The position numbers and the translations under genes were made by a program. The notes below the pieces were generated by a model that was given only the letters and a program-made list of their open reading frames with translations, searched no databases and had not been told where the DNA came from. A stretch of DNA of 32,000 nt from Candidatus Methylomirabilis oxygeniifera (GTDB taxonomy: Bacteria > Methylomirabilota > Methylomirabilia > Methylomirabilales > Methylomirabilaceae): the NCBI GenBank assembly GCA_000091165.1, contig FP565575.1:1920001-1952000 (forward strand), written 5' to 3'. Within the stretch, counting starts at the first letter, position 1. Each line of letters begins with the position of its first letter. Positions 29,612 to 32,000 of this stretch are shown here, one piece after another.

Positions 29612-29672
29612 GGTGCGCCTAATGATTTACGCGTGAGCCGCCGAATCACAGGCGCATGCGCGCTCCCCCGAA

Positions 29673-30224
29673 CTAGGGCTGAAGGATCGCCTCGGCATCG
29701 ATCGTCACCGCAACGTCGTCGCCGACAATTACCCCGCCGCGATCGAGCGCACCGTTCCAGCTCACGCCAAACTCATGACGGTTGATCCGTGTGGTGGCCA
29801 GAAACCCGGCACGAGTCTTTGGTCCCTTCTCCACTCCGTCCTCCCACCACGGCGTTTGCCACTGCCCGAGGTAACGGACGTGGAGCTCGATGGAGCGGGT
29901 CACGCCACGCAGCGTGAGCTCCCCGAGCACGACCGCCTCGTTGGCCCCGTGAAGGCGGACCTGGCTTCCGCGAAACGTGATCTCGGAATAGCGCTCGACA
30001 TCCAGGAAGTCCGGACTCTTGAGATGGGTATCACGATCACGCTCACCGCTCCAGAGACCCCGCGCATCGATCACCGCCTCGACGCGAGCCAAGGCGGGAG
30101 CCTCCGGATCGAACTCGAGCATGCCGTGCACGTTCTTGAAGTGCCCCCGAACGTTTGTGACCATCATGTGTCGCACGCAGAACTCGGCGGCGGTATGTCC
30201 AGGTTCGAACGTCCAGCGCTGCAT
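29673..30224 (-). CDS. YceI-family protein
   Basis: WTFEPGHTAAEFCVRHMMVTNVRGHFKNVHGMLEFDPEAP...FLDVERYSEITFRGSQV...RSIELHVRYLG...AGFLATTRINRHEFGVSWN. Confidence 0.9.
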   Translation of the reverse strand: MQRWTFEPGHTAAEFCVRHMMVTNVRGHFKNVHGMLEFDPEAPALARVEAVIDARGLWSGERDRDTHLKSPDFLDVERYSEITFRGSQVRLHGANEAVVLGELTLRGVTRSIELHVRYLGQWQTPWWEDGVEKGPKTRAGFLATTRINRHEFGVSWNGALDRGGVIVGDDVAVTIDAEAILQP

Positions 30225-30437
30225 CGAGCCTCCTCCTTTCCCAGCTCTTCCCGTCTCTTAGGCCCTACGATATACTTTTATTCCCGCAGTCATCGAACAC
30301 ATCGAGGACCGCGACATCGAGGATTACCTCCTGCAAAGGAGCCCGCGCTTCCGCAAAATACTTGGCAAGGTCAAACGGGAACGTGGCTCCATGTCGCTGG
30401 CCGAATACCGCAAGTCCCGGGGCGTCTGACCTCTTGT

Positions 30438-30522
30438 CTGTAACGAATGGGGCGCAGGTCAGCGGTCGGCGGATGCACGAGCGTGCTCGCCTGGATGACT
30501 GGCTGCTGCAACTGCGTTTTAG
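30438..30522 (-). repeat. Weak attC-like imperfect palindrome downstream of the 30519-30920 ORF
   Basis: - strand CCCTAAAACGCAGTTGCAGCAGCCAGTC...GACCGCTGACCTGCGCCCCATTCGTTACAG. Arms only partly complementary and cores non-canonical. Confidence 0.3.
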
Positions 30523-30920
30523 GGTTGTTTTGATAGAAGCTCCTTGGCTGCCGCCGCGATTTCCTTTTTGTAAATTTCCTTAAACTCCGCGTAGTTCTTT
30601 CGAAGCTCTGGGTGTTGTTGAAGTACATGCTCGACATCATCCTTAAGGCGAAATACAAATAACAGTATGTATTCCAACCAGATTTCGATTTCTACGTTCG
30701 GCATACTGACTAGCTGACTAAGAAGACGCCGCGCGTGAGACCGCCGTAAGTTACCGAGGATAGTTTTCTCCGAGGACTTCATGGCGGGGTGGTCCTCTTC
30801 ATAGACCTCCAACGTATCCAACGCTTTTTGCAGGGCACGGCACTTCTTAGCAGGGTCGGTTACCCGCTCGGCTTCTTCAAACTGAGTTCTCACCCTAAGT
30901 AATTCCGAAGATAAATCCAT
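30519..30920 (-). CDS. Hypothetical cytoplasmic protein (cassette-like ORF)
   Basis: MDLSSELLRVRTQFEEAERVTDPAKKCRALQKALDTLEVYEEDHPAM... Starts 18 nt after the attC-like site. The open frame extends to 30983. Confidence 0.65.
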   Translation of the reverse strand: MDLSSELLRVRTQFEEAERVTDPAKKCRALQKALDTLEVYEEDHPAMKSSEKTILGNLRRSHARRLLSQLVSMPNVEIEIWLEYILLFVFRLKDDVEHVLQQHPELRKNYAEFKEIYKKEIAAAAKELLSKQP

Positions 30921-30937
30921 TGCGTTTCCCTCTACAA

Positions 30938-31031
30938 CCCTAATGACCGGCGCTGAGCGACCCGCGCCCACAGGCGCTCCCATGAAGAACTCGTCGCTTA
31001 TGTGGGAACTCGCTCCAGCGCCTAGTTGGGC
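30938..31031 (-). repeat. attC-like integron recombination site between two ORFs
   Basis: - strand GCCCAAC (RYYYAAC) TAGGCGCTGGAGCGAGTTCCC...GGGTCGCTCAGCGCCGGTCATTAGGG. Stem GGCGCT(G)GAGCGA with an extrahelical base; the 3' core is ATTAGGG rather than GTTRRRY. Confidence 0.62.
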
Positions 31032-31040
31032 AGCAACCTC

Positions 31041-31580
31041 TCACTGCACATCGGACGGAGTAAAGAACATGTTCGTCGGACCACCGCAATTAATGTAGTA
31101 AGTGTTTGGCTTACTGGTGCTCTTGTCGCCATATTCGACGTGCGAGCACTTACCAGCGTTGAGGAACTTGATGGCACCCTTGTGAAGGACTAGGAGATCT
31201 TGTTCTGTGAGCCCGTACTCGCCTACTTTCGGAAAAGCGCCTTTGGCGATACGGGAATCACTAGACAACGACGGCTGGGGCAGCTCCGGAGGAGCTGTAG
31301 TCGATAGCCCAGTTGCAAGAACCCAGCGCGCGACCTTACCACTCTGCCCTTCCACGAAACCGTCGTAGAACTTCGAGACGCGCACCCAGCCACTCTTTAC
31401 TTCGAAGACCTCGACTTTTTGCCCGCGGTAGATCCGATTAGTCACGGGTGCGGTGGCGCTGGGACCGAGACGCACTTGAAGGACGGCCTCCTTAACGAAG
31501 TAGGTTCCGGGCTTGGTTGCCTGCGCGTAGGCGCTTGCCGAAGCGACTAGTAGCACACCGATGAGAATCAAAGCCTTCAT
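31041..31580 (-). CDS. Secreted protein with SH3-like domain (cassette-like ORF)
   Basis: Signal peptide MKALILIGVLLVASASAYA; VLQVRLGPSATAPVTNRIYRGQKVEVFEVKSGWVRVSKF...GKVARWVLATGL (bacterial SH3 pattern). Confidence 0.8.
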   Translation of the reverse strand: MKALILIGVLLVASASAYAQATKPGTYFVKEAVLQVRLGPSATAPVTNRIYRGQKVEVFEVKSGWVRVSKFYDGFVEGQSGKVARWVLATGLSTTAPPELPQPSLSSDSRIAKGAFPKVGEYGLTEQDLLVLHKGAIKFLNAGKCSHVEYGDKSTSKPNTYYINCGGPTNMFFTPSDVQ

Positions 31581-31605
31581 CTGACTCCTCCGTCACAACT
31601 TTGCC

Positions 31606-31704
31606 ACCCAACGGATGAATCACGGGCTGGCGCGACCACAGCGAAGGGCCGCGAAGCGGAGTACAAAATGTTTATCGCCGGTCCCGTGCATTCACTCGTT
31701 ATGT
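31606..31704 (-). repeat. attC-like integron recombination site
   Basis: + strand ACCCAAC-GGATGAATCACGGGCTGGCG...CGCCGGTCCCGTGCATTCACTC-GTTATGT. Arms pair over ~24 positions with single unpaired bases; the - strand 3' core GTTGGGT matches GTTRRRY. Confidence 0.72.
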
Positions 31705-32000
31705 AGTTTTCTTTCGTCGTTCCGCGGGCCTCCCAAAAGGTACTGCAGGATTTCATCCTTGTGATGCTCCCAAGTCAGTGGAGTAGCGTACACCTCCACG
31801 GGTAACCATGCTGGATGATCTACAATGACGCCGTCATAGACCGATGCCATGAAATTGATCGGCCGGTGTCCTATGAGTTGTCGGCGGTGAAGCGACTCTA
31901 GGAGTTGGCAGCCACTCTGGGAGATCCCTACTCCGATTAAGAGATGGTGATATTTCCGGATCCACGCTTTGGTAGATTGGGTGAGTGTGTTTAGAATACT
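31692..32000 (-). CDS. Hypothetical protein, 5' end beyond window
   Basis: - strand frame open from the window edge: SILNTLTQSTKAWIRKYHHLLIGVGISQSGCQLLESLHRRQLIGHRPINFMASVYDGVIVDHPAWLPVEVYATPLTWEHHKDEILQYLLGGPRNDERKLHNE*. The stop lies inside the attC-like site, as in many gene cassettes. Confidence 0.6.
   Translation of the reverse strand, partial: SILNTLTQSTKAWIRKYHHLLIGVGISQSGCQLLESLHRRQLIGHRPINFMASVYDGVIVDHPAWLPVEVYATPLTWEHHKDEILQYLLGGPRNDERKLHNE

Noticed and set aside
30254-30429. + strand reading FIPAVIEHIEDRDIEDYLLQRSPRFRKILGKVKRERGSMSLAEYRKSRGV*
   Set aside because: Looks like a plausible small-protein tail, but has no clear start codon or ribosome binding site and is too short to call. 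Might be a gene remnant.

Overview
This is a dense bacterial chromosome window, with almost every gene on the - strand. Read from high to low coordinates it carries: an attC-like cassette region at the right edge, a YceI-family gene, a HigBA-like toxin-antitoxin pair, a DJ-1/PfpI protein, a K+ channel/TrkA-N gene split by an apparent frameshift, a SHOCT protein, a PAP2 phosphatase, a PMT/ArnT-like glycosyltransferase, a polyprenyl synthetase, lepA, lepB, hemW, hrcA, grpE, dnaJ, polA, coaE, rho, rpmE, prfA, prmC, murA, and a histidine operon (hisG, D, C, B, H, A, F, IE). Most of it is ordinary housekeeping DNA and I see no CRISPR array or recognisable defence locus. The observations most worth following up are: (1) imperfect palindromes at 31606-31704 and 30938-31031, with a weaker one at 30438-30522, that look like integron attC sites flanking small cassette-like ORFs, with no integrase in the window; (2) a family of perfect or near-perfect heptanucleotide tandem repeats (GGGGTGT, GTTGAGT/GAGTGTT, CTTGACA, CTTCGCG, CNNTCAG), several of which sit in frame inside conserved enzymes (HisF, PrmC twice, HemW N-terminus); (3) a ~264-bp direct duplication of the hisA/hisH junction flanking a ~0.9-kb segment with an oppositely oriented DUF4189-like secreted protein gene and an EF-hand-like coding remnant, where each extra half-gene is dead in a complementary way; (4) a one-base frameshift splitting a K+ channel gene; (5) a promoter/palindrome arrangement over the higBA start; (6) a CIRCE-like operator upstream of hrcA. 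All calls come from reading the sequence. No searches or folding programs were run.
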